The notes: generated by a model from the letters alone, not told the origin. Shown: positions 9,455 to 20,476, counted from the stretch's first letter. The stretch: 64,000 bases of DNA from a bacterium (GCA_963674595.2 CAXXFV010000016.1:704001-768000), one strand, 5' to 3'. Numbers and translations are program-made.

Positions 9455-10225
9455 ATGACGAAAACTTTACCTTTTCTTGTTTCCATACCGCATGGCGGGA
9501 CAGTTATTCCTCCTGAATTTAAAGACCGGATGGCCTTAACAGAACGTGATTTATTTGATGATTCCGATGTCTTTTCAGATGAAATTTATAACGTTCAGGG
9601 ATTGGTTAAACATACTGTTCGTTTTTCCTTTGCCCGTGCATTTATTGATGTCAGCCGGCCTGTTGATGAGCGCCCGCCGCAGTACACAGATGGTGTTATT
9701 AAAAGTCATACCTGCTATCATGTTCCGGTTTATAAAAAAGACATGCAGCCTAATAGCCGGGAACAGGAAATGCTGATCCGGGAATATTATAACCCATATC
9801 ATGCAGAATTACAAAAAACCATTAAAATGCCGGGGATTAAAATAGCGTTGGATTGCCATACCATGCATGCGGTAGGACCGGCTGTTTCGCCGGATTCCGG
9901 AACCCCAAGACCCATAATTAATTTGGGCAATCTTGACGGGGCAGCTTCAGACATGACTTTGATAAGAAAACTGGCGTCTGCTTTTTGTAATGTTTTTCAA
10001 CTGGATGATCGGGATGTCTCTTTAAACAAGCCGTTTAAGGGCGGTTATATTACCCGACGTTATGGAGGGAAACCCCTTCCCTGGATCCAGATTGAATTGA
10101 ATAAAAGTTTGTATCTCGCATCACCCTGGTTCGACAAACCTTCGCTATCAATGGATACGTCCCGATTGACCGAGTTGAACCGGCTTTTTAGCAATGTCCT
10201 TTATCAATTTAGTCAAATGATTTAA
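9455..10225 (+). CDS. N-formylglutamate amidohydrolase family protein
   Basis: Motifs SIPHGG, RAFIDVSR, YYNPYH, LDCHTM, NKPFKGGYIT and IQIELNKSLY. Start moved to ATG 9455 behind the RBS aaggaagg. Confidence 0.88.
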   Translation: MTKTLPFLVSIPHGGTVIPPEFKDRMALTERDLFDDSDVFSDEIYNVQGLVKHTVRFSFARAFIDVSRPVDERPPQYTDGVIKSHTCYHVPVYKKDMQPNSREQEMLIREYYNPYHAELQKTIKMPGIKIALDCHTMHAVGPAVSPDSGTPRPIINLGNLDGAASDMTLIRKLASAFCNVFQLDDRDVSLNKPFKGGYITRRYGGKPLPWIQIELNKSLYLASPWFDKPSLSMDTSRLTELNRLFSNVLYQFSQMI

Positions 10226-10362
10226 ATCTCTCATTCAGCATTCCACGGGGATCATTAATATCTGTTGTTTTATATTCTGTTTAAAATTTGTACCTTTGAC
10301 AAATTGGTTTTTATTAATAAACTGTTCTTGGAATGATAACAACTGCGCGACAGGAGAAATAT

Positions 10363-11097
10363 ATGAAAGATTTCATTCAGGTAACCGTATGGAATGAATT
10401 TTTACATGAAAAAACCAATGATGCTGTTGCAAAAATTTATCCCCAGGGTATTCATAGGGCAATAGCTGAATTTTTAATCAAGACTTCCAATATTAAAACC
10501 CGTACAGCCACACTCGACCAGCCGGAACACGGATTGTCTCAGGCCGTCCTGGAAGATACGGATGTGCTGATCTGGTGGGGCCATAAAGCCCATGATCAGG
10601 TAGATGATAATGTTGTTGAAAATGTCAAAAAACGGGTCCTGGAGGGCATGGGGCTGATCGTTTTGCATTCGGGCCATTATTCCAAAATATTCAAATCACT
10701 TTTGGGGACGAATTGCTCTTTAAAATGGCGGGAAGCGGCTGAAAGACAACGGTTATGGAACCTTGAACCGGCACATCCGATTACTTTGGGAATTGGTGAA
10801 TATATTGAATTACCTCATGCTGAAATGTATGGGGAACGGTTTGACATCCCGACACCGGATAAGCTTGTTTTTATTTCATGGTTTGAGGGAGGGGAAGTAT
10901 TCCGAAGCGGATGCTGCTGGGAACGGGGCCACGGCAGGATTTTTTATTTCCAGCCTGGTCATGAAACCTATCCGATTTATCATAATCCTGAAATTCAACA
11001 TGTTATTACAAATGCCGTATTGTGGGCGGCCCCCCGTAAAAAGATAAAAGATGTATGTCCGAACGTTCCACCCATTGAACCGTTAAACCGGTCCTGA
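10363..11097 (+). CDS. thuA: ThuA-family (trehalose utilisation) protein
   Basis: Motifs [41 protein letters not shown] and [14 protein letters not shown] aggaga precedes ATG 10363. Confidence 0.9.
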   Translation: MKDFIQVTVWNEFLHEKTNDAVAKIYPQGIHRAIAEFLIKTSNIKTRTATLDQPEHGLSQAVLEDTDVLIWWGHKAHDQVDDNVVENVKKRVLEGMGLIVLHSGHYSKIFKSLLGTNCSLKWREAAERQRLWNLEPAHPITLGIGEYIELPHAEMYGERFDIPTPDKLVFISWFEGGEVFRSGCCWERGHGRIFYFQPGHETYPIYHNPEIQHVITNAVLWAAPRKKIKDVCPNVPPIEPLNRS

Positions 11098-11117
11098 TTT
11101 TAACTGGATCGGTTAAA

Positions 11118-12467
11118 TTGAATAAAGGAGTTGTATTGCAAGAGGAAACCCGAAGAGAATTTTTAAAAAATACAAAAAATTGTCTGTCTTTACTGGCTTT
11201 TCCATATATTGTTTCTGCCAAAGAAGGACCAACAAAGACCATATCTCATAATTTTAAACTGGTATCAAAAACTGTTTTTATGCCGGCTCCGGCCCAGAAC
11301 GTGGGGGTTCATGCGGCAAGCTGTTATACAGACCGTAAAAAAAATGACCTGATCAGTATTCATTCGCATACATCCAAAAGCGATTTAAATGATGCCGCAT
11401 TTTTTCGTTTTTCGTCGGATAATGGTCAAACCTGGAGCGAGGCTGCCCGGTGGTATACAAAATTTGAACATCCCAACGGTACAGGACGGCGTTATCCCCG
11501 GGCCGGTATTGTTGATCCGAATACCAATAAATTTATCCTTTTTTATAATAAAGCTGTGTTGCCGAATGATGATCCTTTGGAAGGGATGCAGCAGTTGAAA
11601 ATTCATTACACTATTTTAAATGAAAAGTATCAGTTCGAACCGGGGCAGCAGATAATCCATCGGGGCGTTGATTTTGATGAAATTCATCCTTTCCCGGATA
11701 TTTATATCGGCCGGAATTGTTACATGCTTGGAGATTATACCCAAGCGCCTTTATTTCTTCCGGATGGAACATTATTACTGCCGGTACAGTCAACACCGCT
11801 GGTTGACGATAAATATTTTAATCCCGGCGGCGGCATGACCTATACGGATTGTATGCTATTAATGGGGCGATGGAATTCTGAAAATCAACTGGAATGGACC
11901 TGCTCCGAGAGGATCAAAGGAAATCCGGCTGAAACAACACGGGGTTTGATTGAACCAACCATTGCATTATTGGCTGATCAATCTTTACTTATGGTTATGC
12001 GCGGTAGTAACGATGTGAATCCCGAGTTACCCGGTTATAAATGGTATGCCCGGTCTTTTGACGGAGGCCATACCTGGACAAAAGCACAGCCCTGGACCTA
12101 TTCTACAGGTGAAAATTTTTATTCGCCCAGTTCCTGTTCTCAGCTTTTACCTCATTCAAATAAAAAATTATATTGGATCGGGAATATTACACCGGATAAT
12201 CCTATTGGACATCATCCCCGGTTTCCGCTTGTTATAGGAGAGGTGGATCTTGAAAGCGGATTGTTAATTAAGGATTCTGTTTTTGTCATTGATGATAAAC
12301 AAATAAATGAAAGTGATTTTTTGTTCCTTTCCAATTTTTATGCACGTGAAGACAGAGAGACCGGAGATATCGTGCTGCATTTGAGCCGCCTGTTTGCAAA
12401 TGATTTTAGAAATAATGATAAAATTGACTGGACGGCCGATGCTTTGTTGTATCGAACACGTGTTTAA
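11118..12467 (+). CDS. BNR/Asp-box sialidase-like beta-propeller protein with a Tat-like leader
   Basis: TRREFLK leader; Asp-boxes SSDNGQTWS and SFDGGHTWT; EPT..L...L.MVMRG motif. Confidence 0.72.
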   Translation: MNKGVVLQEETRREFLKNTKNCLSLLAFPYIVSAKEGPTKTISHNFKLVSKTVFMPAPAQNVGVHAASCYTDRKKNDLISIHSHTSKSDLNDAAFFRFSSDNGQTWSEAARWYTKFEHPNGTGRRYPRAGIVDPNTNKFILFYNKAVLPNDDPLEGMQQLKIHYTILNEKYQFEPGQQIIHRGVDFDEIHPFPDIYIGRNCYMLGDYTQAPLFLPDGTLLLPVQSTPLVDDKYFNPGGGMTYTDCMLLMGRWNSENQLEWTCSERIKGNPAETTRGLIEPTIALLADQSLLMVMRGSNDVNPELPGYKWYARSFDGGHTWTKAQPWTYSTGENFYSPSSCSQLLPHSNKKLYWIGNITPDNPIGHHPRFPLVIGEVDLESGLLIKDSVFVIDDKQINESDFLFLSNFYAREDRETGDIVLHLSRLFANDFRNNDKIDWTADALLYRTRV

Positions 12468-12612
12468 CAAAGCTTTTATTTAATTAAAATGAGGAAAATT
12501 TTTTTATAGTCATTTGATTGTGTAAAAAAATGTAACCAAAAAATTAATCCCTTGTTTTCACTAAAATTTGTATTACATTGACGTTTTGTTTGAAGAGCAA
12601 GGAGAAGGCAAT

Positions 12613-15030
12613 TTGTTAGTCGACCTTTTAACCTTAAATGAACTTGAACCCCCAATGGGGGACCTTGGTGTGAAACCTCAATTTTCTTTTTGCCGTTCTT
12701 TTTGGACAAAGCCTATTGACGGTGAAAACGACGCACCGGAAAATCGCATTATTCATGTTCGCAATTTGCAAATGCATGATAATGTAAAAATTAAAAAACT
12801 TGGAATCCGCCGGGGAAAGGGATTTCATATTTGCGGCAGTCATCAGGACCTGGATTGGGTCGAATCATTACGCCTTTGGATTTGGCAGGAAAACGGTTGG
12901 AAATGCTGTTTTAGCAAACAGGACATTGCCAAAACCGATGAAAATACTGTTCAATGGTTTGAATTTGATGATCTTCTAACCAATACCGTTATATTGGAAA
13001 TTCGAAAAAGCGGTATTGATGGATATTGGCCGTCCTGGAACCTGGCCATGTCTGCTTTTATTTTACAAGGGGAAGCACCATCGCCGCCGGCACCTAGGGA
13101 TGAAAAAAATCTTGTTTGCAGTCAAATTTCAATGGATGATTTGCCGGATGGTTTTAAGGCTCAGATATTTGACGGACAAGTTCGTTATTTAACATCTCAG
13201 CTTGAGGTTGGATTTTACCTGAATCGTACCGGTTTTTCACATCTGGGGATCGATCATGATGGCGAACACCGTACAAATATCAATCTTTTAAAAATTCAAC
13301 CCGGACTCTTTTTTCAGGGCGTTCAACTTAATCCTGTCGGCCAACAACCGGTCGCCGGCATCTCTCTTCGTTACGATGTAACGGGAACGACCTCGGTTAT
13401 AAATAATCACGTTTTATATGAAATAAATGTCGGCGATAAAATACAATATAAAATGGATTGGCAAGTTTTATCGGACCGGTTATTATTGGATGTTGAACGG
13501 CATGCGGATGCTGATATACGTTGCTGGACCGGAAGCGTTTGGATGATCGGATTTGAAAGCCGGGCTGCCTCTACCCAGATGATCGGAAAAATTACAAAAG
13601 ATGGACAGACCGGTGGTTTGACTGTTCCTTCACTTATGCATGTGCCTAATTTCGGGACATTGAAAATTGAATCAGATAGTCCTGATGTTTTCCTCAGGTC
13701 CGATGCCCTTCGTCCCCAGGATATGAGCACACTGGAAATTAAACTCGGTGAAATTCCGCAGCCTGAAGGCGACTATATACTGCAAAAAGGTACCTTTAAG
13801 GCACGAATCGAGTTTTCTTTGGTAAAACCGGATATATCTTTACGGAAAGATACACCGGCTATTGTTCGTCGTGCGGTTGAAAAAACAACCTTTACAGCGT
13901 TGACCTATCGACCGGACACTGCTACTTTAAGCAATAATAGCATTTCCCTTCACTGTCCGATCTGTATGGATATGTGGTCGGCCAACACCACACGAATCGG
14001 TAAACTGTTGCCGGATTTAACGGCGAATGATTTGTTAAAAACGTCACTGGAACGATGGCTGGACGGGGGACAGGGTTATACCAGCGGACGTTTAATGCAG
14101 GATGGGATTGTTCATGCTGCCGAAGATGAGTATTTGATGACCGGCGCGGCCTGTTTTTTAGGACTGGCTGATTATTTGGAATCGTGTGGTACAGAGACCT
14201 GGGTGGACCATTATACCCAGGCCATTGAAAAACAATTGCAGCTTTTAAAAGCTAGAGATATTGATAACGATGGTTTAATTGAAAGTATATATCGCACCGG
14301 TACCAACGGGACCGGTCAATGGAGCACATGCTGGTGGGACGTTATCTCCTTTGGCTGGAAGGACGCTTTTTCCAATGCTGTTTTATATGCTGCTTTGGTA
14401 AAGTTGTCGGCTCAATTAAAACGATTTGGTAAGGATTCTTTATATGCCGGACTTGATGACTGGGCATTAAAATTAAATTCAAATTATTTTAAAACCTTTT
14501 ACAATCCGGATACAGGCTGGCTGGCAGGCTGGAGATGTAAGGACGACAAGCTCCATGATCATGCTTTTTTATTTGTTAACGGTGCGGCCGTCAGTTACGG
14601 ACTTGTTGAGGCCAAACCGGCCCTTGAGATTATGCAGCGTCTCTGGAATGAATTTGAGCGGGTGGGTGTTCCTGATGCTCAATATGGTTTGCCGGGTAAT
14701 TTATGGCATATTCCTGACCACGATCTTGCCGATATTATGCAGGGGTATCCCTTGGGATTTTATCAAAACGGTGGTCGGACCACATCTCAGTCCCGTCATT
14801 TTATCAATGGACTTTATACCGTGGGAATGGATGTGCAGGCTGATGAGTTGGTAAAACAAATCAGCAAGGGGCTGGCAGAGGGACTGGTTTTTGGCGGCGC
14901 AAAAAGCGGTGTTGACTGGCGATATTGGGATGACCGGCCAAGCGGATATGAAGGTCTGCTGACCGATCAATTTGGGGTTTTAGCTACAATTCTCGAACGA
15001 TATAAAACAGAAATGGAAATAAAAAAATGA
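12613..15030 (+). CDS. Unclassified (alpha/alpha)6-barrel glycoside hydrolase-like protein
   Basis: The C-terminal region has DIDNDGLIE, WWDVISFGWKDAFSNA and YQNGG, patterns typical of six-hairpin glycosidases. TTG 12613 follows AGGAG. Confidence 0.55.
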   Translation: MLVDLLTLNELEPPMGDLGVKPQFSFCRSFWTKPIDGENDAPENRIIHVRNLQMHDNVKIKKLGIRRGKGFHICGSHQDLDWVESLRLWIWQENGWKCCFSKQDIAKTDENTVQWFEFDDLLTNTVILEIRKSGIDGYWPSWNLAMSAFILQGEAPSPPAPRDEKNLVCSQISMDDLPDGFKAQIFDGQVRYLTSQLEVGFYLNRTGFSHLGIDHDGEHRTNINLLKIQPGLFFQGVQLNPVGQQPVAGISLRYDVTGTTSVINNHVLYEINVGDKIQYKMDWQVLSDRLLLDVERHADADIRCWTGSVWMIGFESRAASTQMIGKITKDGQTGGLTVPSLMHVPNFGTLKIESDSPDVFLRSDALRPQDMSTLEIKLGEIPQPEGDYILQKGTFKARIEFSLVKPDISLRKDTPAIVRRAVEKTTFTALTYRPDTATLSNNSISLHCPICMDMWSANTTRIGKLLPDLTANDLLKTSLERWLDGGQGYTSGRLMQDGIVHAAEDEYLMTGAACFLGLADYLESCGTETWVDHYTQAIEKQLQLLKARDIDNDGLIESIYRTGTNGTGQWSTCWWDVISFGWKDAFSNAVLYAALVKLSAQLKRFGKDSLYAGLDDWALKLNSNYFKTFYNPDTGWLAGWRCKDDKLHDHAFLFVNGAAVSYGLVEAKPALEIMQRLWNEFERVGVPDAQYGLPGNLWHIPDHDLADIMQGYPLGFYQNGGRTTSQSRHFINGLYTVGMDVQADELVKQISKGLAEGLVFGGAKSGVDWRYWDDRPSGYEGLLTDQFGVLATILERYKTEMEIKK

Positions 15031-16781
15031 AAATTACCAGAACTAAATATATTCAGATTTTTTTGGGGTTTGTTTGTTGTCTTGTTTTTTTAACAGGATG
15101 CCGGAAACCAGCGGCAAATGGTCCTGAATCAGCTTATATTCAATATATTTGTATTGACCCTGATAATAGTAATATTATTTATATCGCAACAACGACTTCA
15201 GGTTTGTACAAGAGTGTGGATGCCGGTGAACAGTGGGTATCCATCAATCCAAATGACAAAATGCGCAACTTGAACATTATTGAAAGAGATGCCTTTCATT
15301 CAGCACGTTTAATTGCCGGCGGACGGGAAACAGGGCTGCTGGTGTCAAATAATCTGGGACAATCCTGGGAGTCCGCAGGTTTGGATGGAATGACGATATG
15401 TGATATTGCCATTGATCCCGATGATTCCTATAAAATATTTGTTCTCGCGCCTATTGGTGTTTACAGAACAATGGATGTCCGCAAAAAAGAGTGGGAATTG
15501 GTTTTTGATCATGATGAATTTGTAAAAAATACGCTAAAAACCGAACCTAACCGTTATTCATTTATGTACACAAGGTTCCAAAAAATAGCCATCAATCCGC
15601 ATGACACACAGGACATTTGGCTCGGTGCGCGTTTTGATAACGGCTATTACCGCAGCAGGGACGGCGGTGATACGTGGACACATGAATCCATTATGGGTCT
15701 TTTCCGCCGTGTTGATCCGATATTGTTTCATCCGACCGACCCCGGCGTTGTTTATGTCGGTACGCATCATCAGGGAATGTTTGCTTCATTTAATAACGGA
15801 ATAAGCTGGGTGGCCATGAGTCGTGGATTGGAACCGGAAAAAAGAACACCATATTACGGCGCTTTTTTAATTTCAGGAATTGATATGTATGAGAAAAATC
15901 CGGATATTATGGTCACAGGCAGTGATTATTCCAACTGGAAAACGGTGGACGGTGGCAAAACATGGCAAGAGTTTGACAAATCCTTGAGCTGTGAGTTTGC
16001 ACGGACCATGGCGATTGATCCTGAAAATCCAGATATTATTTATGCCGGGACCAATGTCGGTATCTATAAAACCACAGATGGCGGCAAAACATGGGTCCCT
16101 AAAAACAATGGTTTTCCCAAACTGAAGATTGAAAAATCAATAAAGGCCGGATTTGGTTCAAAAGAGTATATTTACGCCCTCATCGGAAAAAATCGTATTT
16201 ATCGTAAAGCCTGTACCGGCGACAGCGCATGGTTGTCCTTGTCCTGGCTGCTTCGCGATGAGATTAAAGATATAGCCTATGATTCGACAAAAAGTCAACT
16301 TTTGTTAACAACAGACAAGGGAATAATAAAAAGCAATGACCAGGGTTTTCGCTGGGAACAATCTCATGTTGAATATACAGAGGTACAAAGTCCGGTTGTG
16401 CAGGCGCCGTTTGATGCCGATTTACAGAACAAAAATGTCCGAACGTTGGATGTCGAACTCCAGGGAAAAGTCTTTTTTGAAGATTCGCTTGTTGAAAAGA
16501 TGTATCAGAATCCTCCTTATATCAGCCTGCAACTGGTTTCTTTGGATTATCCCAGGGACAAAAGTGTGCCCTTGTGGACCGGTAATTTTGAACGGTATTT
16601 GAAAGGAAAAATTCAGATTCCTCTTGAAAAGATCAATAAAAAGAAAACCTATTTATTGTATGCCGAAGTTAGGGATTTTCAAAGAAACACTTTAACAGGC
16701 TATGCGAAAGTAAAGCCAAACCAGAAATCAGTCAAACTGCAATTAACCCAGGACACAATATTTTCACGATTTGAAAATTAA
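15027..16781 (+). CDS. Lipoprotein with VPS10/BNR (Asp-box) beta-propeller repeats
   Basis: Lipobox LTGC and repeated S/T-x-D-x-G-x-T-W boxes (SRDGGDTW, TVDGGKTW, TTDGGKTW). Confidence 0.75.
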   Translation: MKITRTKYIQIFLGFVCCLVFLTGCRKPAANGPESAYIQYICIDPDNSNIIYIATTTSGLYKSVDAGEQWVSINPNDKMRNLNIIERDAFHSARLIAGGRETGLLVSNNLGQSWESAGLDGMTICDIAIDPDDSYKIFVLAPIGVYRTMDVRKKEWELVFDHDEFVKNTLKTEPNRYSFMYTRFQKIAINPHDTQDIWLGARFDNGYYRSRDGGDTWTHESIMGLFRRVDPILFHPTDPGVVYVGTHHQGMFASFNNGISWVAMSRGLEPEKRTPYYGAFLISGIDMYEKNPDIMVTGSDYSNWKTVDGGKTWQEFDKSLSCEFARTMAIDPENPDIIYAGTNVGIYKTTDGGKTWVPKNNGFPKLKIEKSIKAGFGSKEYIYALIGKNRIYRKACTGDSAWLSLSWLLRDEIKDIAYDSTKSQLLLTTDKGIIKSNDQGFRWEQSHVEYTEVQSPVVQAPFDADLQNKNVRTLDVELQGKVFFEDSLVEKMYQNPPYISLQLVSLDYPRDKSVPLWTGNFERYLKGKIQIPLEKINKKKTYLLYAEVRDFQRNTLTGYAKVKPNQKSVKLQLTQDTIFSRFEN

Positions 16782-16795
16782 TTTCAAGGAACGAT

Positions 16796-17800
16796 ATGAC
16801 TGCCAGAGAACGAGTTCTAAAAAGCCTTCAACATCAGCAGCCGGATAAAATACCCTATCAGATCAGCTTGACCCATAAAGCACGGCAATGTATAAACGAA
16901 TATTTAGGTACAACGGATTTTGAAGATTCTTTGGACAATTCTCTGGCCTGGTTTCATCCTGTGGGTCATGATACCGTGAAAGAAATCCGTCCGAACATCT
17001 GGCAGGACGAGTTTGGTGTGCAGTGGGACCGGAGCATTGATATAGATATAGGCAATGTTTGTAATCAGGTCATTACACCGGATAATTATATAGATTTTCA
17101 GTTTCCTGAAACGGACGACCCGAAGAGATTGGAAAATTTCCAATTGGTAAAATCCAAATACCCGGACAGGTTTATTCTCGCCAATATCAGTTTTAGTCTG
17201 TTTGAGCGGGCATGGACCCTGGCCGGTATGGAACAGATTCTGATGAGTATGGTCACGGATCCGAAATTTGTTCACGAGCTTTTGGACAGTATTTTAGATT
17301 TTAATTTAAAAGTACTGCATCCTGTTTGTAAACTCGACATAGACGGTGTTATGTTTGGTGACGATTGGGGCCAGCAGAACGGTTTGATCATGGGGCCGAT
17401 TCTTTGGCGGGAATTTATTAAACCCAGGATAAAAACAATGTATCAAACTGTTAAATCATATAATAAAAAAGTTTTTATCCATTCCTGCGGGCAGGTTGAG
17501 GAAATATTTCCGGATTTGATAGAGGTTGGTGTAGATGTTTTTAATCCTTTTCAGCCGGAAGTGATGAATGTGTTTGAGGTGAAAAAACGATTTGGTAATG
17601 ATCTTGCTTTTTACGGAGGCGTCAGCACTCAGCAACTTTTACCCTATGGAACCGCCTCTGAAGTGAAAGAGCAAGTGAAAATTCTGATAGACAAGGTCGG
17701 AAAAGACGGGGGCTATATAATTGCACCGGCCCACGATGTGCCTGGTGACGCCAAACCTGAAAATATTATGGCCATGCTGGAGGTGTTTAACGAACAATAG
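16796..17800 (+). CDS. Uroporphyrinogen decarboxylase / MtaA-CmuA-like family protein
   Basis: Motifs MTARERV, WQDEFGVQW, FGDDWGQQ, FIHSCG, FYGGVSTQ and GGYIIAPAH. Confidence 0.85.
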   Translation: MTARERVLKSLQHQQPDKIPYQISLTHKARQCINEYLGTTDFEDSLDNSLAWFHPVGHDTVKEIRPNIWQDEFGVQWDRSIDIDIGNVCNQVITPDNYIDFQFPETDDPKRLENFQLVKSKYPDRFILANISFSLFERAWTLAGMEQILMSMVTDPKFVHELLDSILDFNLKVLHPVCKLDIDGVMFGDDWGQQNGLIMGPILWREFIKPRIKTMYQTVKSYNKKVFIHSCGQVEEIFPDLIEVGVDVFNPFQPEVMNVFEVKKRFGNDLAFYGGVSTQQLLPYGTASEVKEQVKILIDKVGKDGGYIIAPAHDVPGDAKPENIMAMLEVFNEQ

Positions 17801-17949
17801 GTGTGCGAAAATGATCATTGTTGTAATAAAAACGCACATTAAATATTACAAGAAATTAGTGTAATGCCTTAAAAAACAGTGGTGGCATGTTTTTTGTTCA
17901 TACTCTACAAGTCATGAGAACAGGATGTAATCATTTTTGGGAGTATGCC

Positions 17950-20352
17950 ATGTTTGGGATCTATCTGAAAATTGCATTACGAAATTTGGCAAAGCATAAA
18001 TTATTTTCCTTTATTAACATTATGGGCTTTGCATTAGGAATAGCAGCATGTATACTGGTCTTCTCTTTTGTGAAATATGAGCTGGGTTATGATGATTTTC
18101 AAAAAGACGGCGATCGGGTTTACAGGGTAACGTTGGAAGCAAAAAGCAGCAAGGGCTTGAGAAAATTCGTTGTCACAAGCTTTCCTTTGGCATCTGCACT
18201 GAAAGACAATTATTCTCAAATTGAAAACAGTGTTCGTATTAAATATTTCGACAATCTGCTTGTACAAAAAGGGGATAAAAAATTTTTTGAAGGGAAATTC
18301 CTTTATACAGAGTCGCAAATATTTGAAATTCTCACAATTCCGTTTATCAAGGGGAAACCTCAGCAATCTTTAGAAAATGTGAACAGTGTTGTTATTACTG
18401 AACAAATGGCTCAAAAATATTTTGGCGATAAAGAACCATTGGGGCAAATTTTAAATATTGATAACTATGACAGGACTGTTACCGGCGTTGTAAAAAATTC
18501 TCCTCATAACAGTCACATACACTATGACTGCTTTTTACCCATCTATCCCTTTCAGGAAAGAAATTCGGGCCATTGGGGCGTGCTGACCTATCATACTTAT
18601 ATTACAGTAAAAAATGATGTTGATATGGACCAATTACAGCGTTCCATTGCTCATATAGCTGATAAATACATCGGAAAAGATCTGGAAAAATATAACGAAA
18701 CACGCACCTATTATTTACAGCCGATTAAAGACATTTATTTGCATTCGGATTTTCCATTTGACGAATTTACATCGGGTAATTTTACGAACATTATTATATT
18801 CTCGTGTATCGCTCTTTTAATTTTATTAATTGCCTGTTTTAATTTTATAAATTTGTCTACAGCAAAATCACTAACAACAGAAAAACAACTGGGGATGCGA
18901 AAGGTTATTGGCGCCCAAAAATATCAGATTATTTTTCAATTCCTTGTTGAAACTGTAATTATCAGTTTGTTCTCTTTAATGTCGGCAATGATTATATCTT
19001 TTTTGTTGTTATCATCTTTTAATCATCTCGTAAACAGACCGGTTGATACGCCGTTATTTCTTAACAAAATTGATCTGGCCTTTGTTATATTATTCACGCT
19101 TGTAACAGGTGTTTTGGCTGGCTTATTTCCTGCGATAAAATTGAGCGCGACTCTTCCTATTCCGGCGCTTAAAGGTTCTCTTTCCAAAGGAAAACGTGGT
19201 ACAGGAATAAGAAGGGGGTTGGTTATCTTTCAGTTTGTCATATTTTCCGTTTTAATCGTTGCCGGCATTATTGTCTATAATCAACTGGTTTTTCTTAAAA
19301 ATCAAAATACGGGTTTCGACAAAGAACAGATTGTCGTTTTAAAAATGGTGGACCATGTTTCTTCGGGAAAATTACGCAGGGATTATCAACAAATTAAAAC
19401 CGAGTTTACAAATCATCATGCCATTCAGTCGGCAACAGTAACATCAATGGTTCCTGGTGTTCCCCAATATGCTATCGCAAAAATGCCTGTAAAAATATAT
19501 GATGACGATCAGCAACTGGAAGTCGGTATGAATCACCTTATGGCTGATTTTGATTTTATTGATACTTATAATATCTCTATTAAAGCAGGTCGTGCTTTTG
19601 ACAAGGAGATGATCACAGATTCGAAAACTGCTTATATAGTGAATGAAGCGGCTGCTAAAGCCTGTGGCTGGGCATCTGCTGAACAAGCCATTGGTAAAAA
19701 AATTCAATCTCGTAACGGTCCGGAAGGAATAATTATCGGAGTTTTAAACGATTTTAATTATCGGTCGCTGCATTATAATATTGAACCTATGGTTTTGCGG
19801 ATAAATCCGGGATGGTTTGTGTTTTTGTCGTTAAAAATTAAACTGCATGAAATTCCGGAAGCTTTGGATTTTCTGGAAAAAAAGTGGCAGCAATATTTTT
19901 CCCATGCGCCCTTTGATTATTTTTTCCTTGATACATATTTTAATAGACAATATGAAGCAGATATGAAAATCGAAAAGATTATTTTTGCCTTTACCGGACT
20001 TGCGATTTTTCTCGCTTGTTTGGGACTTTTTGGATTGTCCTATTTTAATTCTACACAGCGAACAAAGGAAATAGGCGTTCGTAAGATTTTAGGAGCATCT
20101 GTTATAAATATTGTATTTTTGTTTTTTAAAGATTATATGAGATGGATTGTGATCGCCAATCTTGTTGCGATGCCGATTACCTGTTATATCATGACAAATT
20201 GGCTGCAGAATTATGCTTATAGAATCGGTTTTAGCTGGCTGTTTTTTGCGTTTTCGTTTTTATTGTCCCTGGGTGTTGTCTTTGTAACTGTTTTTGCACA
20301 AACAGCCAGGACCGCTTTGAGTAATCCTGTTAACTCGTTAAGATATGAATAA
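17950..20352 (+). CDS. ABC transporter permease, MacB/FtsX-like with duplicated domains
   Basis: YLKIALRNL, LIACFNFINLSTA, RTKEIGVRKILGAS and C-terminal NPVNSLRYE. RBS ggag precedes ATG 17950. Confidence 0.9.
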   Translation: MFGIYLKIALRNLAKHKLFSFINIMGFALGIAACILVFSFVKYELGYDDFQKDGDRVYRVTLEAKSSKGLRKFVVTSFPLASALKDNYSQIENSVRIKYFDNLLVQKGDKKFFEGKFLYTESQIFEILTIPFIKGKPQQSLENVNSVVITEQMAQKYFGDKEPLGQILNIDNYDRTVTGVVKNSPHNSHIHYDCFLPIYPFQERNSGHWGVLTYHTYITVKNDVDMDQLQRSIAHIADKYIGKDLEKYNETRTYYLQPIKDIYLHSDFPFDEFTSGNFTNIIIFSCIALLILLIACFNFINLSTAKSLTTEKQLGMRKVIGAQKYQIIFQFLVETVIISLFSLMSAMIISFLLLSSFNHLVNRPVDTPLFLNKIDLAFVILFTLVTGVLAGLFPAIKLSATLPIPALKGSLSKGKRGTGIRRGLVIFQFVIFSVLIVAGIIVYNQLVFLKNQNTGFDKEQIVVLKMVDHVSSGKLRRDYQQIKTEFTNHHAIQSATVTSMVPGVPQYAIAKMPVKIYDDDQQLEVGMNHLMADFDFIDTYNISIKAGRAFDKEMITDSKTAYIVNEAAAKACGWASAEQAIGKKIQSRNGPEGIIIGVLNDFNYRSLHYNIEPMVLRINPGWFVFLSLKIKLHEIPEALDFLEKKWQQYFSHAPFDYFFLDTYFNRQYEADMKIEKIIFAFTGLAIFLACLGLFGLSYFNSTQRTKEIGVRKILGASVINIVFLFFKDYMRWIVIANLVAMPITCYIMTNWLQNYAYRIGFSWLFFAFSFLLSLGVVFVTVFAQTARTALSNPVNSLRYE

Positions 20353-20476
20353 AAAGGATGGTATTTTTTTCAAGTAGAAAATCCAGGATCGATGACAGAT
20401 TTTTTAAGTTAGTGCGTACGGACTTGGATTATTCGGAAGGAGGGTGCCCAGAGAGCTTTGATATAAGCTGTTTTAT

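Noticed and set aside
16796-17800. hemE (true uroporphyrinogen decarboxylase)
   Set aside because: The W.MRQAGR signature is absent; the motifs fit the URO-D-like/MtaA-CmuA branch.
17950-20352. Orphan MacB-type permease without an ATPase as a novelty
   Set aside because: Dispersed paralogs of this permease are common in FCB-group genomes.
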